This document shows, in pieces, positions 44,622 through 55,754 of a DNA stretch of 64,000 nucleotides. The notes below the pieces were generated by a model. It ran no database searches, had not been told where the DNA came from, and worked only from the letters and a program-made list of their open reading frames with translations. Positions within the stretch are counted from its first letter, which is position 1; each line of letters starts with the position of its first letter. The position numbers were made by a program, and so were the translations under genes. Origin of the DNA: Nitrospinales bacterium (GTDB lineage: Bacteria > Nitrospinota > Nitrospinia > Nitrospinales > VA-1); contig OZ253496.1 in assembly GCA_965262115.1 (NCBI GenBank), positions 576,001-640,000 on the forward strand. The letters are read 5' to 3'.

Positions 44622-44864
44622 TTGTAGCTACCTTTCAAATCAGGATTCCTGAAAACGACTTCTGCCCCGCATACCTTGATAATTAAATGGACCGGTCATT
44701 TTGCTTAAAATCAAGGCAAATGGGACCCTAAGAAACATAATTAAAAAAATAATCTACTAATTGAAAAATAAATACTAATCAGATTCACAATTTAAACACC
44801 TGATAGATTAACAGATTCTATTAATATAAATTTTTTGATTAGACACATAAACACTTACCTTTTA

Positions 44865-45068
44865 ATGGGGGTGCCACATGTTCTACGAAACGAGAATTTA
44901 GATGCTTTCGGAAATGTTAAACAGACCCTCTCTCCCCAGGAGCTGCGCAACCGGCACTGGATGATGTTTCAACGATCAGAAGAAAGTCTGAGTATCTACC
45001 CGAAGAAGAGTTCTTCCAAGCCGGTAAGAAAAAAGAGGAGCGCAGGCTTATTGATCAACCATCATTAA
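44865..45068 (+). CDS. Small hypothetical protein
   Basis: 67-aa ATG ORF after an AT-rich intergenic stretch; no motif recognised. Confidence 0.35.
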   Translation: MGVPHVLRNENLDAFGNVKQTLSPQELRNRHWMMFQRSEESLSIYPKKSSSKPVRKKRSAGLLINHH

Positions 45069-45186
45069 TAAGCCAGACAGTTATAAGCTTATACCAGACT
45101 TTCTGATGGATCAATCCTCAGCGAATAGTCCCAGTGCTCAATGACCTTTTCAAGGATTTTTCGAATTCGCTCCGTATTCAAAGATC

Positions 45187-46140
45187 CTACCTCGTCAATC
45201 CCTTTTCGGCGAGCCAGCGCTCAGCCTCCAAAGATGCAGCACAACCGGTACCTGCAGCGGTGACGGCCTGCCTGTATTTATGGTCATGCACATCACCAGC
45301 GGCAAAGACGCCTTCTATATTGGTTTCCTGGGTTCCCAGTTTCAGGTTGATGTAACCTGCATCGTCCAGATCTAACTGCCCGTTGAAGATGGACGTGTTG
45401 GGCGTGTGACCGATGGCATAAAAAAGACCTGCGACTTCCATCTCTCGCACCTCATGAGTCTTGACATTTTTCAGACGAGCCCCGGTCAAATAATCCTCGC
45501 CGATGGCGTCTTCGAGCACTGTGTCCCAGAGGATTTCCAGTTTGGGATGTTTAAGAGCTCTCTCCTGCATGATCTTGGAAGCTCTGAGTTGGTCGCGCCG
45601 GTGCACCAGATAAACCACCGAACCGAACTTGGCCAGATAGGTGGCTTCTTCTACCGCCGTGTCCCCTCCCCCGATAACCATCAGCGGCTGGCTGCGGAAC
45701 ATGGGAAGTGCACCATCACAAACAGCACAGGCCGACATGCCGTTGTTCCACATTTTTTCTTCATTGGGAACACCCATCCTTTTTGCTGTCGCGCCGGTGG
45801 AAATGATCACCGAATGAGCTTTCACTTCACGGTTCTCGGATTTCAAAACAAAAGGCCGTTTACTGAAATCGGCCGAGATCACATCTTCCTGAACCATTTC
45901 GGTACCGAAACGCTCGGACTGCTTGCGGAACAACTGCATCAGTTCCGGCCCTTCGACTCCTTCGGGAAATCCGGGATAGTTTTCGACATCCGTGGTGGTG
46001 GTCAACTGTCCCCCTGCGGACCCCCCCATGACATAACCTTCAAACATAAAAGGGCTGAGATTAGCCCTGGCGGAATAAATTGCGGCGGTATGCCCGGCAG
46101 GCCCCGAACCGACGATGACAACATTCTTAATATCCGACAT
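45187..46140 (-). CDS. trxB: Thioredoxin-disulfide reductase
   Basis: GSGPAG, GGQLTTT, CAVC, GGGDTA, AAGDV; RBS before ATG 46140. Confidence 0.97.
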   Translation of the reverse strand: MSDIKNVVIVGSGPAGHTAAIYSARANLSPFMFEGYVMGGSAGGQLTTTTDVENYPGFPEGVEGPELMQLFRKQSERFGTEMVQEDVISADFSKRPFVLKSENREVKAHSVIISTGATAKRMGVPNEEKMWNNGMSACAVCDGALPMFRSQPLMVIGGGDTAVEEATYLAKFGSVVYLVHRRDQLRASKIMQERALKHPKLEILWDTVLEDAIGEDYLTGARLKNVKTHEVREMEVAGLFYAIGHTPNTSIFNGQLDLDDAGYINLKLGTQETNIEGVFAAGDVHDHKYRQAVTAAGTGCAASLEAERWLAEKGLTR

Positions 46141-46245
46141 AACTCCCTTTCTACCGGGCCATGCCCGGTGAGAATATAGCAACGACCCGTTGAGCCGCCA
46201 AAACTCTTTGTTCGCCTGAAACAGTTATTTCTTATTGGCCCCATG

Positions 46246-46284
46246 TTATGATCCCTCATCAGTCTTCATGCCCCGAAGGGGTAC
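46246..46284 (+). repeat. Dispersed element, copy 4
   Basis: ttatgatccctcatcagtcttcatgccccgaaggggtac; overlaps the 3' end of the FGE-family gene. Confidence 0.85.
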
Positions 46285-46981
46285 CCCGAGTGGGCTTGAC
46301 ACAGCGAAATCCAACATCACTGTATCTCAACTCGGGATCTTTTTTGACCCGATCAGAGGTTCTTAAAAAATGGCTGGGAGAGCTCCACGACCCACCCCGC
46401 ACCACTTTGTTTTTTTCGGACCCTTCACTGTACCAGCTCAAAGTCCATTCATTGGCATTGCCCATCATATCGTAGAGACCGTAAGAATTGGCTTCAAACT
46501 TACCAATTTTTTCTGGAGCACCCGTTCCATAAGGTTGGTCATAATGGGCACCACCCAGTCTTTTGCCTTCGGCCGCCGCCTCCCATTGCGCCTCGGTCGG
46601 GAGATTTCCTCCACGCCAGGAACAATAGGTTCTGGCGTCTTCCCAGTTCACAAACAACGCCGGTTGGCGGGGTTTATTAAAGTCTTGTGGGCGGTCCTCA
46701 TGCAATACCGATGGTTCGCAAATTCCGGCAATGAAGCATTCCCGGTAATCGGCATTAGTGACCTCATATTTATCGATCCAGAAACCATCGAGTTTCACCT
46801 TGTGGGGAACCTCATCGCTACACCAGTCGGCGTTACCCTGCTCTTCTTCGCAATAAAGACTCCCTAAATTGTATTCACCGGCCGGAATCAAAGCCTGCAT
46901 AGCCACAGACTCCACTTCAACGGGGGAATGCGCCATGAAAACGATCAGAAACAAAACCCGTTTAAAATGGGGAAAGATCAT
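46259..46981 (-). CDS. Formylglycine-generating enzyme (SUMF1/FGE-sulfatase) family protein
   Basis: [37 protein letters not shown]. Confidence 0.9.
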   Translation of the reverse strand: MIFPHFKRVLFLIVFMAHSPVEVESVAMQALIPAGEYNLGSLYCEEEQGNADWCSDEVPHKVKLDGFWIDKYEVTNADYRECFIAGICEPSVLHEDRPQDFNKPRQPALFVNWEDARTYCSWRGGNLPTEAQWEAAAEGKRLGGAHYDQPYGTGAPEKIGKFEANSYGLYDMMGNANEWTLSWYSEGSEKNKVVRGGSWSSPSHFLRTSDRVKKDPELRYSDVGFRCVKPTRGTPSGHED

Positions 46982-48309
46982 ACTTCTATTTTATCCAAAA
47001 TCGCTTTTCTAACCTGTTCATAGTCTGCATCCAGTTCGATCGGGGAGAAGGCGTGCTCCGACTGAATTCCCTTCAATTGATCCGTGTGGTATTTGAAAAG
47101 AAAGTCGGTGAACTTCAATCCGTTCGCGGTGGAGATCACCACTACCTTATCCTTTTTCTTAATTTCCCCACGCTGAGCCAGTTTCTCAAGAACGGCGAGA
47201 GCCACCCCGGTATGCGGACAACAGAGCAGTCCTGTTTTATTGGCCTTACCCACTGCATAAGCCAACTCACTTTCGGTCGCCTCTTCGACGATACCATCAA
47301 AAGCCTGGAGAGCACGAATGGCTTTTTTATAACTGACCGGATCTCCAATCTGAATGGCACTTGCCAGGGTCGTTTTCGCCTGGACAGACTCAAATGATTC
47401 GAATCCTTTTATATAGCTGCGGTAAAGAGGATCGGCCTGTTGTGCCTGGGCACAAACCAGACGCGGGAGCTTATCAATCAGCCCCAAGTCATGGAACATC
47501 TGGAATCCTTTGCCGATAGCGCTGACATTCCCCAGATTGCCACCGGGGACGATTACAAAATCTGGCACTTCCCAGTTGAACTGCTGAACCAACTCGAAAC
47601 TGATGGTTTTTTGGCCTTCGATTCTCAGGGAATTCATTGAGTTTGCCAAATATATATCGTTTTTCTGGCAAACCTCCTGAACCAGTTTCATGCATCCGTC
47701 AAAATCAGTATCCAAAGACAAAGTGAGCACACCGTGCGTGATGGGTTGAATCAACTGTGTCAACGAGACTTTATTTTTGGGTAAGAAAACAATGGCAGGA
47801 ATTCCGGCTACGGCGCAATAAGCGGCCAGCGCGGCCGAGGTATCTCCGGTTGAGGCACAGGCCACCGCCTTGATATTTTTCCCGGAAGAAATCATTTGCT
47901 TGACCATGGAGACTAGCACGGTCATCCCCAAATCCTTGAAGGATCCCGTATGCGCCATGCCGCACTGTTTGACCCATAGATCATCGAGGCCAATTTGTTG
48001 GCCCAACCGTTCGGCCCAAAACAGGTTAGTGCCCCCTTCATAAGTGGAGACAATATTTTTGTCTTCCACATTCGGGCACACCAGTTCCATTTTGCCCCAT
48101 ACGGAACTGCCATAAGGCCATTCATTGCGCCGATACCGGCTCTCAAGCAGGGTTCTCCACTCTTCAGGAGATCGTTTTTTTAGCTGCTCCATATCGTGTT
48201 GCACTTCCAGAAGTTCATCACACTCCCTGCAACGATAGATGATGTCGGTCAGTTCGTACCGGCTTTGGCAATCCAGGTTGATGCATTGAAACCAGGCTTT
48301 AAATCCCAT
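46978..48309 (-). CDS. thrC: Threonine synthase
   Basis: [33 protein letters not shown]; next to hom. Confidence 0.95.
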   Translation of the reverse strand: MGFKAWFQCINLDCQSRYELTDIIYRCRECDELLEVQHDMEQLKKRSPEEWRTLLESRYRRNEWPYGSSVWGKMELVCPNVEDKNIVSTYEGGTNLFWAERLGQQIGLDDLWVKQCGMAHTGSFKDLGMTVLVSMVKQMISSGKNIKAVACASTGDTSAALAAYCAVAGIPAIVFLPKNKVSLTQLIQPITHGVLTLSLDTDFDGCMKLVQEVCQKNDIYLANSMNSLRIEGQKTISFELVQQFNWEVPDFVIVPGGNLGNVSAIGKGFQMFHDLGLIDKLPRLVCAQAQQADPLYRSYIKGFESFESVQAKTTLASAIQIGDPVSYKKAIRALQAFDGIVEEATESELAYAVGKANKTGLLCCPHTGVALAVLEKLAQRGEIKKKDKVVVISTANGLKFTDFLFKYHTDQLKGIQSEHAFSPIELDADYEQVRKAILDKIEV

Positions 48310-48311
48310 TA

Positions 48312-49619
48312 TTACCTTTCCACACGAATCAAGTTAGACTTTTCACACACCACATCCAGTTCTTCTATTTCCTTTAAAGCAGACTGAATATTTTTCTCAC
48401 TGGCTTTGTGACACATCATCACCAGTGGCACCCCTTCGCCACGGTCTCCCCGTCCCCTCTGGATCATGGACTCAATGCTGATGGAATGTTTGCCCAGTAT
48501 CCCGGATATTTTTGAAAGCACGCCTGGATGATCCAGCACACTAAAGCGCAGAAAATATTTAGACTCGATTTCACTGATATTCTTCAGAGGGATGCTTTTG
48601 ATCTCTCCACTCTGGAAAGACCCAACAGGTAATCTTTCTCCCACACCCGAGAGGATGTTGCGGGCAATTTCGACGACATCGCCCACCACCGCACTGCCAG
48701 TAGGCAGAGCACCTGCCCCATGACCAATCAGTACATTTTCATCCATCATATCATCACAGACGCGAATGGCGTTTAACACTCCGTTGACATTGGCCATCGG
48801 GTGCGTAATTGGAATCATGGCTGGATGGACACGAATATCAATCTTCTCGCCATCGTATTTGGATATGGCAAGCAGTTTGATACGGTAGCCAAATTCCCGT
48901 GCGCATTCGATGTCTTCCGGGGTGATGCCTGAAATACCGGAAACTGTTATATCGTCAAACGATACAGGGGTCCCGTAAGCCAGACGAGTCAATACCGCTA
49001 TCTTGTGGGCAGAATCGATGCCTTCAATATCAAAAGTCGGGTCCGCTTCAGCGAAACCTTTTTCCTGTGCTTCTTTCAAGGCGGTGTTGAAGTCGAAATT
49101 CTCATCCGACATTTTACTGAGAATATAATTTGCGGTGCCATTGACGATGCCTTCAATGGTCTGAATACGGTTGGCAACGAACGCCTCCCGAATCGACCGA
49201 ATTATAGGAATGGCCCCTCCTATAGAAGCTTCGAATCCAATCGACAGGCCTTTTTCAGTAACCGCTGAAAATATTTCGTCTCCATGCTTGGCCAGCAAAG
49301 CTTTGTTAGCCGTCACCACATGTTTTCCTTGACCAATGGCCTGTAGAAGAAATTTTTTGGCAGGTTCGTATCCGCCAATCAATTCGATAACTACCTCAAT
49401 ATCAGGGTGATTGATCACCTCATCAGCAGAAGTCGTCAACACATTGGAGGCCAGTTTGACACCTCGGTCTGTAGTGATATCCAGATCCGCGACTTTAATC
49501 AGCTGCACCCCGGCTCCCAACCTTTTCTTTATAATTTCGCTGTTTTGCGTGAGGATTTTAGCCACGCCGGCACCTATGGTACCAAAACCGATCATGCCCA
49601 CCTTTACCGTTTTCATCAT
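48312..49619 (-). CDS. hom: Homoserine dehydrogenase with ACT domain
   Basis: GFGTIG, VTANK, NGTANY, AEADP, DHPGVL. Confidence 0.97.
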   Translation of the reverse strand: MMKTVKVGMIGFGTIGAGVAKILTQNSEIIKKRLGAGVQLIKVADLDITTDRGVKLASNVLTTSADEVINHPDIEVVIELIGGYEPAKKFLLQAIGQGKHVVTANKALLAKHGDEIFSAVTEKGLSIGFEASIGGAIPIIRSIREAFVANRIQTIEGIVNGTANYILSKMSDENFDFNTALKEAQEKGFAEADPTFDIEGIDSAHKIAVLTRLAYGTPVSFDDITVSGISGITPEDIECAREFGYRIKLLAISKYDGEKIDIRVHPAMIPITHPMANVNGVLNAIRVCDDMMDENVLIGHGAGALPTGSAVVGDVVEIARNILSGVGERLPVGSFQSGEIKSIPLKNISEIESKYFLRFSVLDHPGVLSKISGILGKHSISIESMIQRGRGDRGEGVPLVMMCHKASEKNIQSALKEIEELDVVCEKSNLIRVER

Positions 49620-49625
49620 CTTCCC

Positions 49626-50792
49626 TTAAAAAATCTCTTTAATTCCCCGGACCGCCTGCCTGATCCTGTGTTCGTTTTCGACCAGCGAGAAACGCACAAA
49701 ATGGTCCCCGCCCTCTCCAAATCCGATGCCGGGTGCAACCGCCACCTTGGCCTTTTCCAGCAACATCTTGGAAAACTCCAAGGATCCCATTTTCTTGAAG
49801 CGGTCCGGAATCTCCGCCCAGACCATCATCGTTGCTTTCGGCGGTGTCACTTCCCAGCCAATTCGATTCAACGACTCGCACAAGACATCTCGTCGGCTTC
49901 GGTATCTTTCCCGAATTTCTTCTACACAGTCACGCGGACCATTCAGAGCCACCGTGGCCGCGATCTGGATTGGCTGAAACATGCCATAATCCTGATAACT
50001 TTTGATACGCGCCAGGGCATGAATAATTTCAGCATTTCCTACCGCAAAACCAACCCGCCACCCGGGCATATTATAACTTTTTGACAAGCTAAAAAACTCT
50101 ATTCCCACCTCTTTTGCTCCTTTAACTTGCATAAAACTGGGCGCCCGATAACCGTCAAAAACAATGTCCCCATAAGCAAAATCGTGGATCACAATCAGGT
50201 CATGTTCTTTGGCAAAATCCACCACTTTATCAAAAAAATCTATACCCACCACTTGGGTCGTGGGGTTATGCGGGAAATTGATGACCATCACCTTGGGTCT
50301 GAGCCAATTGCTCTTGAAGGCGTCGAGCAGGGCATCAAAGAAATCTATTTCGGCGCTAAGCGGCACATGAATGACATCACCGTTGGCCAAAATGAACGCG
50401 TAAGTATGAATGGGATAAGTCGGCGTTGGCACCAGAACTGAGTCACCAGGAGTGGTGATCGCCAGTGCCAGGTGAGCAATGCCTTCTTTCGAGCCAATCG
50501 TTGCAATGGCCTCGGAATCCGGGTCCAGGTCCACACCATGATTACGCTTGTACCAGTCGGTGATAGCGAGACGTAGCTTGTATATGCCCTTGGATACGGA
50601 ATAGCGGTGATTGCTTTCCTTATTCGCGGCTTCCGTTAATTTATCAACAATATGCTTTGGGGTTGGCATATCAGGATTTCCCAAGCCAAAGTCGATAATA
50701 TCCTCCCCGCGTCGACGGGCATCATACTTGAGCTCGTTGACGATCCCCAAAACATAGGGAGGAAGGCGCTGAATTCTGGAAAATTCTCTCAT
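49626..50792 (-). CDS. alaC: Class I/II PLP aminotransferase (AlaC-like)
   Basis: [40 protein letters not shown]; alaC-hom-thrC order. Confidence 0.8.
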   Translation of the reverse strand: MREFSRIQRLPPYVLGIVNELKYDARRRGEDIIDFGLGNPDMPTPKHIVDKLTEAANKESNHRYSVSKGIYKLRLAITDWYKRNHGVDLDPDSEAIATIGSKEGIAHLALAITTPGDSVLVPTPTYPIHTYAFILANGDVIHVPLSAEIDFFDALLDAFKSNWLRPKVMVINFPHNPTTQVVGIDFFDKVVDFAKEHDLIVIHDFAYGDIVFDGYRAPSFMQVKGAKEVGIEFFSLSKSYNMPGWRVGFAVGNAEIIHALARIKSYQDYGMFQPIQIAATVALNGPRDCVEEIRERYRSRRDVLCESLNRIGWEVTPPKATMMVWAEIPDRFKKMGSLEFSKMLLEKAKVAVAPGIGFGEGGDHFVRFSLVENEHRIRQAVRGIKEIF

Positions 50793-51238
50793 GGCTTCAA
50801 AATGTTATAGGTGGCAGTGGCCGATCACGTCCCGATGATTGATAACCGGGAATAGGAATCTTAAACATTAATGGTGCCCTTAAAATAAGACAGGCCAAAC
50901 CGCAAAAAAAATCCGGGTCAGTCAGGGTTTGTAAGGAGGCAACCTGTTAATTTCCAAGGGAATCCGACCGAATGCCCACGTAACATAACATAATTTGCAA
51001 AACCCGGCAAACCTAAAGCCCTGAGTGGGAAGCCGCTTTTCCCCACCGAGGAATCCATTAATTCTTTTTTCTTGATTCTGGCCTTTTACAGGGAGTAGTA
51101 TTTGCCCTTGAGATGGTCGACAATCATCTTGTTGGTTCCCGCTTGCAGGTTTCTTTCCAGATTGAGCCGGGGATGGTGGACAAAATCCACTCCCGGTGAT
51201 CTTCCGGGCTTAGCCAGATCATCTTCCTCCAATTGCAA

Positions 51239-52045
51239 ATGGAATTTTTTCAAATAATTTTATTGAGCATTATTCAGGGACTCACTGAGTTTCTGCCTAT
51301 TTCCAGTTCCGGACATTTGATATTGGCTCCTCTAATCTTCAATTTTGAAGATCAGGGCCTTGCTCTGGATGCCATTTTGCATTTAGGCACCCTTCTGGCA
51401 ATCATAATCTTCTTCCGCAAAGAACTGATAGATTTAGCCAAGGGATTGTTTGACCGTCAGGGCTCTCCAGAAACTCACCACCTTGCATGGTGCATTATCA
51501 TTGCTTCGTTCCCGGCTGGGCTGATAGGACTGTTTGGCGGAGGATGGATTGAAACCAACCTGAGGAGTCCTACTTTTGTCGGGTACAATCTTTTATTCTG
51601 GTCCCTCATATTCCTGGTGGCAGACCGGTACGGCTCAAAAAGCGCCAACCCCAATACAGAATTAAACCGGTTGAGCCTGAGGCAAATTTTATTTATCGGG
51701 TGCGCCCAGGCCATTGCCCTGTTGCCGGGAACCTCGCGGTCTGGCATCACCATCGCCGCAGGACTCTTCAGCAACCTCTCGCACACTTCAGCAACCCGGT
51801 TTTCTTTTCTCTTGGGAACTCCAATTATTTTTGCAGCAGGCATGCACAAGCTGATGCAGTTTTTTACGCACCCGGTTGCAGAACAAGCCTATTCCAACCT
51901 TCATCTTGCAATAGGAATGGGGATAAGCTTTCTGGTTGGTTTGCTGGCTATTCAGCTTCTTCTCAAGATCGTTGCGAGAGTGGGTCTTTTACCCTTTATC
52001 ATATATAGAGTGATTCTCGCGGGCGGGATTCTTTTCTATTATTGA
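51239..52045 (+). CDS. uppP: Undecaprenyl-diphosphate phosphatase
   Basis: QGLTEFLPISSSGH, PGTSRSG, RFSFLL. Confidence 0.96.
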   Translation: MEFFQIILLSIIQGLTEFLPISSSGHLILAPLIFNFEDQGLALDAILHLGTLLAIIIFFRKELIDLAKGLFDRQGSPETHHLAWCIIIASFPAGLIGLFGGGWIETNLRSPTFVGYNLLFWSLIFLVADRYGSKSANPNTELNRLSLRQILFIGCAQAIALLPGTSRSGITIAAGLFSNLSHTSATRFSFLLGTPIIFAAGMHKLMQFFTHPVAEQAYSNLHLAIGMGISFLVGLLAIQLLLKIVARVGLLPFIIYRVILAGGILFYY

Positions 52046-52060
52046 AAAGGTGATGGCAAT

Positions 52061-52091
52061 AAAAAAGCCGACCTGTAAAACAGGCCGGCTT
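52061..52091 (-). terminator. Intrinsic terminator between convergent genes
   Basis: aaaaaa-gccgacctg-taaaa-caggccggc-tt. Confidence 0.8.
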
Positions 52092-52111
52092 AGTAATAAA
52101 ACTAGAAAGAA

Positions 52112-52540
52112 TTAACCACAGGTTACAATAAGATCAGTTGTACCGTTATTGGTGATTCTAACTTCGCCATTGATGTCTGAAATGGAATCGCCACGGCTGA
52201 AGTTATTTTGCCTAACTAATGTTACTGATTTTCTCCCCATGCTATGCTTGCTGCCCATTTTCACTTGGGCATTACCTGCAGCTCCACCACCGTTCGTGGG
52301 AAAACTCATATTCGCATTCGGGGCCAAGCTTATAGCACTCGTGATATGAGTTGAAGAAAACCAGACCGAAGCATTTGCTTCACCCCGATCTTCAGCTCCG
52401 CCACCCCCAGCTTCAATTTTGATGGATTTAGCGTCGGTGCATTTAGTCATCGCGCCCACCGACAACATTCCTGCAAATGCAGAACTGGCGAGACAGAAAG
52501 ACGCAATGGTTACAACTAAAACAATAGCGAGTTTTTTCAT
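52112..52540 (-). CDS. Secreted hypothetical protein
   Basis: MKK signal peptide (AFA|G), strong RBS, two Cys in the mature part, own terminator. Confidence 0.75.
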   Translation of the reverse strand: MKKLAIVLVVTIASFCLASSAFAGMLSVGAMTKCTDAKSIKIEAGGGGAEDRGEANASVWFSSTHITSAISLAPNANMSFPTNGGGAAGNAQVKMGSKHSMGRKSVTLVRQNNFSRGDSISDINGEVRITNNGTTDLIVTCG

Positions 52541-52763
52541 GATAAATTCTCCCTTACCCTAGTTAACAAACATTCACCTACTAATATTCTAAACGAGGCA
52601 AATTCCAGGGAATTAGCCCCCTCCCATTAGAACTAAAAGTAATTTCTCAAAGAACATTTCAGCACCTTAGCTCCTAGCGACTGGAGTGGTTTTCGGCGCT
52701 TTTCCCAAAACTGACAAGTAGGAAATATCCTACTTCAAGAAGCCCGGTCTCGGATTTAGACAA

Positions 52764-52791
52764 AGTATACTTATGCGCTAAAACATGTCAA
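52764..52791 (-). promoter_or_regulatory. Sigma70-type promoter
   Basis: TTGACA-16 nt-TATACT on the minus strand. Confidence 0.55.
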
Positions 52792-52972
52792 CATTTATTT
52801 CCAGTACGGGATGAAACTACTTTATATACAACAAGTTATATGAATGCTCCTGACCACCCTCAAACAACCCACAACAGAGACTCAGAACATCCGATAATGT
52901 ATTAAGTATTTATCTTACAACTTGTAAGGGATTTAATCTTATATCTGGACACATATTTCCACTATCCGCCCA

Positions 52973-54334
52973 TCAACCTTGTCGGCTTTCATCGGCAAGC
53001 ACCGCTCCTGAAGGCAGGACTAAAGTCTTTTTCAATCCTTGCAAATGAACCTTACCTTTGAGGCAAGCTGCTCCTTCAAATCGAACATCGCCATCTATCT
53101 TCAGTTCCTCCAAATCTACAAGTCCTGGAATGATAGAAAAAGCGTTTTGAAAATTTTCTATATCTTGCAGGAAGTCCCCCAGCTCTATTAGGGGTAATGG
53201 ATGGGACTTTCGGTCTCTAATTAACTTTCCATTGCTCAAGCTAAAAATGTTGGAACGGACCAACAGCAAATCATCCGTCTTTTTAACTGGCAAAAAACGC
53301 TCACGCGAAACAGTGAGACCTACCGCCCCCTCAAAGCATTCCAAACCCGAACCGATAGCTGTTTCAAGTTGAACAACAGGAATTTCTCCAACATTTTTCC
53401 GGTTCACCATCACACTTAATTCCAGAGGGCCTTTTTTTAGCCTGTTTTTCAGAGCCACCAGGTTTATCCAGATATTATTGGTATTAAAAACCTTGAATTT
53501 TTTCTGGTCACAAAACTCATCGACCTTATCATCGGGAACGCGGGCAATCTCCAACAACTTAAGCTTTCCATTCTGCTGATAAAGAGTACCGCCCTTAACA
53601 TCCGCTGGGGTTTTAGCTGTCATTTCCATTAAGAAAGGGATGTTGAATTCATCCATATAATTCAGGATGACAGGGTCCACAACCGCGCCGAGATTATCGG
53701 CATTGGAAATAAAAAGAATTTCCCTGCCCGCATCTATCAGCTTTTGTAAAATTCCCTGTTGCCAGACACATTGATAAAAGTCTCCATGCCCGGTAGGATA
53801 GTACGCCTGATCTCCCCACTTAGCAGGGGTGAGCGGACTCAGGCCATCTGAATGCAGGCGGGGAAATTTGTTTTGTTGAAAGCCTATTATTTCCGAAGAA
53901 AACCTCAAGGCACTCAAATGGTTCTGGGTTTCCTCATGCGTGTAGAAACTGTTCATCAAGAGGAGAGGGATTTTTTGATCCCAGTCCTGATTCAGGCTCT
54001 CGGTTTGTTCTAATATCAAATCCAGAAAGGATTTACTATCCCGCACCTCAACCAGAGACTTTGGTCCCACACAGCCCATGCTGGTACCCATGCCACCATT
54101 GAGCTTGCCCACAACAAGCTTTGATAATTGGCGCGCGGTCTGGGAATGTTCCGGGGAAGGCAGACTTGAAAAATCCAACAGGTTGCTGGAGTCGGGGGTC
54201 ATTATGGAACTCCAGTCCTGAACCTTAGACGGTCCATGGCGGAACTGGGCGATCATTTCCCAATAATTGCTTAATTGAGAACTTTCAAGTAATTTGCCCA
54301 ACTCATTCCATAAAGAATCTTCACTGTCTAACAT
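52973..54334 (-). CDS. UTP--glucose-1-phosphate uridylyltransferase, eukaryote-like UDPGP family
   Basis: KLNGGMGTSMGCVGPKS, LMNSF, GHGD, SNADNLG, DVKGG, FNTNN, QLETA, RFLPVK. Confidence 0.93.
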   Translation of the reverse strand: MLDSEDSLWNELGKLLESSQLSNYWEMIAQFRHGPSKVQDWSSIMTPDSSNLLDFSSLPSPEHSQTARQLSKLVVGKLNGGMGTSMGCVGPKSLVEVRDSKSFLDLILEQTESLNQDWDQKIPLLLMNSFYTHEETQNHLSALRFSSEIIGFQQNKFPRLHSDGLSPLTPAKWGDQAYYPTGHGDFYQCVWQQGILQKLIDAGREILFISNADNLGAVVDPVILNYMDEFNIPFLMEMTAKTPADVKGGTLYQQNGKLKLLEIARVPDDKVDEFCDQKKFKVFNTNNIWINLVALKNRLKKGPLELSVMVNRKNVGEIPVVQLETAIGSGLECFEGAVGLTVSRERFLPVKKTDDLLLVRSNIFSLSNGKLIRDRKSHPLPLIELGDFLQDIENFQNAFSIIPGLVDLEELKIDGDVRFEGAACLKGKVHLQGLKKTLVLPSGAVLADESRQG

Positions 54335-54417
54335 ACTGGAATCCTAAAGCTGTTTTTTCGTGATAAACTTGCAAGGACTTGCTGCTTTTTTGCAAGTTGC
54401 TTTTAAAAGGCTTGTCC

Positions 54418-55017
54418 ATGCTGGTATTTAAAAAAAATATCCACAACACCTCTCACTCCCATCATCCTGAAAATGAGGCCCAGCAAAACCTGGATCCTTT
54501 TGCTTTTATTTTCAGGTCGCTGACCACCGACCGAGAAATCTTTTACGGACTACAACAGCTTCCTCAAGCAGAAGGTCGGGATCGCTTCAAGACTTTATTC
54601 CCTCATGTATCCAGATTTGGGTCCATTTCGCTGATCAACAGTTTCTCCCGGTCGCTCCTGGAAGGGCTGATCGACAAAAACCAGTGGCACTCCATGAATG
54701 CATATCATATGACATATCTGTTCGACAGCCTGCATGGTACTTTTGAGGACTACAGCTACTCGGAACCGGCGCAAAGGAAAGAAATATTTCCCGAGCTTCA
54801 CGGAGATGCTATTAATTTTGATCATTTCCTGGAAAATTATTTTTTTGGGACCGCATTTTTAATGGATGCCGAACGATTCAACAATATGCCGCCGGAAGAA
54901 AAGAAAGACCTGAAACTCACCGATCCCTGCCTGTTCGGGGTGATCAACAGGCTGATCCCTACTGAAGAAGAAGTTGTGCTTAAAAAAAGCCCGCAAACTC
55001 CCTACTCCCCTGAATAA
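54418..55017 (+). CDS. Hypothetical protein, paralog of 55755-56363
   Basis: MLVFKKNI, MNAYH, NYFF, PCLFGVIN shared with the paralog. Confidence 0.8.
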   Translation: MLVFKKNIHNTSHSHHPENEAQQNLDPFAFIFRSLTTDREIFYGLQQLPQAEGRDRFKTLFPHVSRFGSISLINSFSRSLLEGLIDKNQWHSMNAYHMTYLFDSLHGTFEDYSYSEPAQRKEIFPELHGDAINFDHFLENYFFGTAFLMDAERFNNMPPEEKKDLKLTDPCLFGVINRLIPTEEEVVLKKSPQTPYSPE

Positions 55018-55040
55018 AAACCCTGCCGATAAGAAATGCG

Positions 55041-55622
55041 CTATTTCCCTAACTCCTCTTCCAGTTTCTGGATCAGAAGGCTGGAGTCCGGTGTCACCTC
55101 ACTCAAAAAACTGGCCACGGGCATTCCATTTTTACCAATCAGAAATTTATGGAAATTCCATTGCGCTTCATTTTTTCCTGGCACCCACTTTCCTTTTAAC
55201 CGGTATAATACCCATTTTACCAGCCCAAATATTTGCGACCGAAATCCCTCACCGCCTTGATTCTTCATGCCACAGTCATATAAATATTGGTAAAGATCAA
55301 GTTTTTGCGGACCCAGAACAGACACCTTACTGAAAAGATCAAACGTTACGTTAAAATTTTTCTGGCAAAAATTTTTGATCTCCTCGTCGGATCCGGGTTC
55401 CTGCACGCCAAAGTCATTAGAAGGAAAGGCCAGAATACTCAATCCCTGATCTCGGTATTGCTCATAGAGTTTTTGGAGCCCCGAATATTGAGGAGTGAAT
55501 CCACAATCCGAAGCCACATTGACAATCAGCAAAACCCTCCCCTGATATTTACTAAGCCCGGACACCCTCCCGGCAATGGATCGAGCTTCAAAGTCATAGA
55601 TGTTTTTATCTAAAAAGTTCAT
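55041..55622 (-). CDS. Glutathione peroxidase family protein (Cys type)
   Basis: NVASDCGFTPQY, FPSNDFG.QEPG, WNFHKFL. Confidence 0.95.
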   Translation of the reverse strand: MNFLDKNIYDFEARSIAGRVSGLSKYQGRVLLIVNVASDCGFTPQYSGLQKLYEQYRDQGLSILAFPSNDFGVQEPGSDEEIKNFCQKNFNVTFDLFSKVSVLGPQKLDLYQYLYDCGMKNQGGEGFRSQIFGLVKWVLYRLKGKWVPGKNEAQWNFHKFLIGKNGMPVASFLSEVTPDSSLLIQKLEEELGK

Positions 55623-55754
55623 ATTCCAAACTTGGGTTTAGAAACCGAATTGGGTCCTGCAGTTCAGGTATAATATAGGGTGGTGAGAGCCGTAGAAATA
55701 GGGCTCCTTTAAATATAGCAGATTACTGAAAAAACCAAATAGCAAATTCGTCAA

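Noticed and set aside
46240..46284. CTGATGA in the reverse complement of the mini-element as a hammerhead ribozyme core
   Set aside because: No stem II or correctly placed GAAA, and CTGATGA is not conserved in two of the four copies.
51073..51230. yybP-ykoY riboswitch upstream of uppP (gggagtag)
   Set aside because: Better explained as TTGATT-18 nt-TAGTAT promoter elements; the other riboswitch motifs were not found.
55041..55622. Selenocysteine glutathione peroxidase
   Set aside because: The active-site codon encodes Cys and there is no in-frame TGA.
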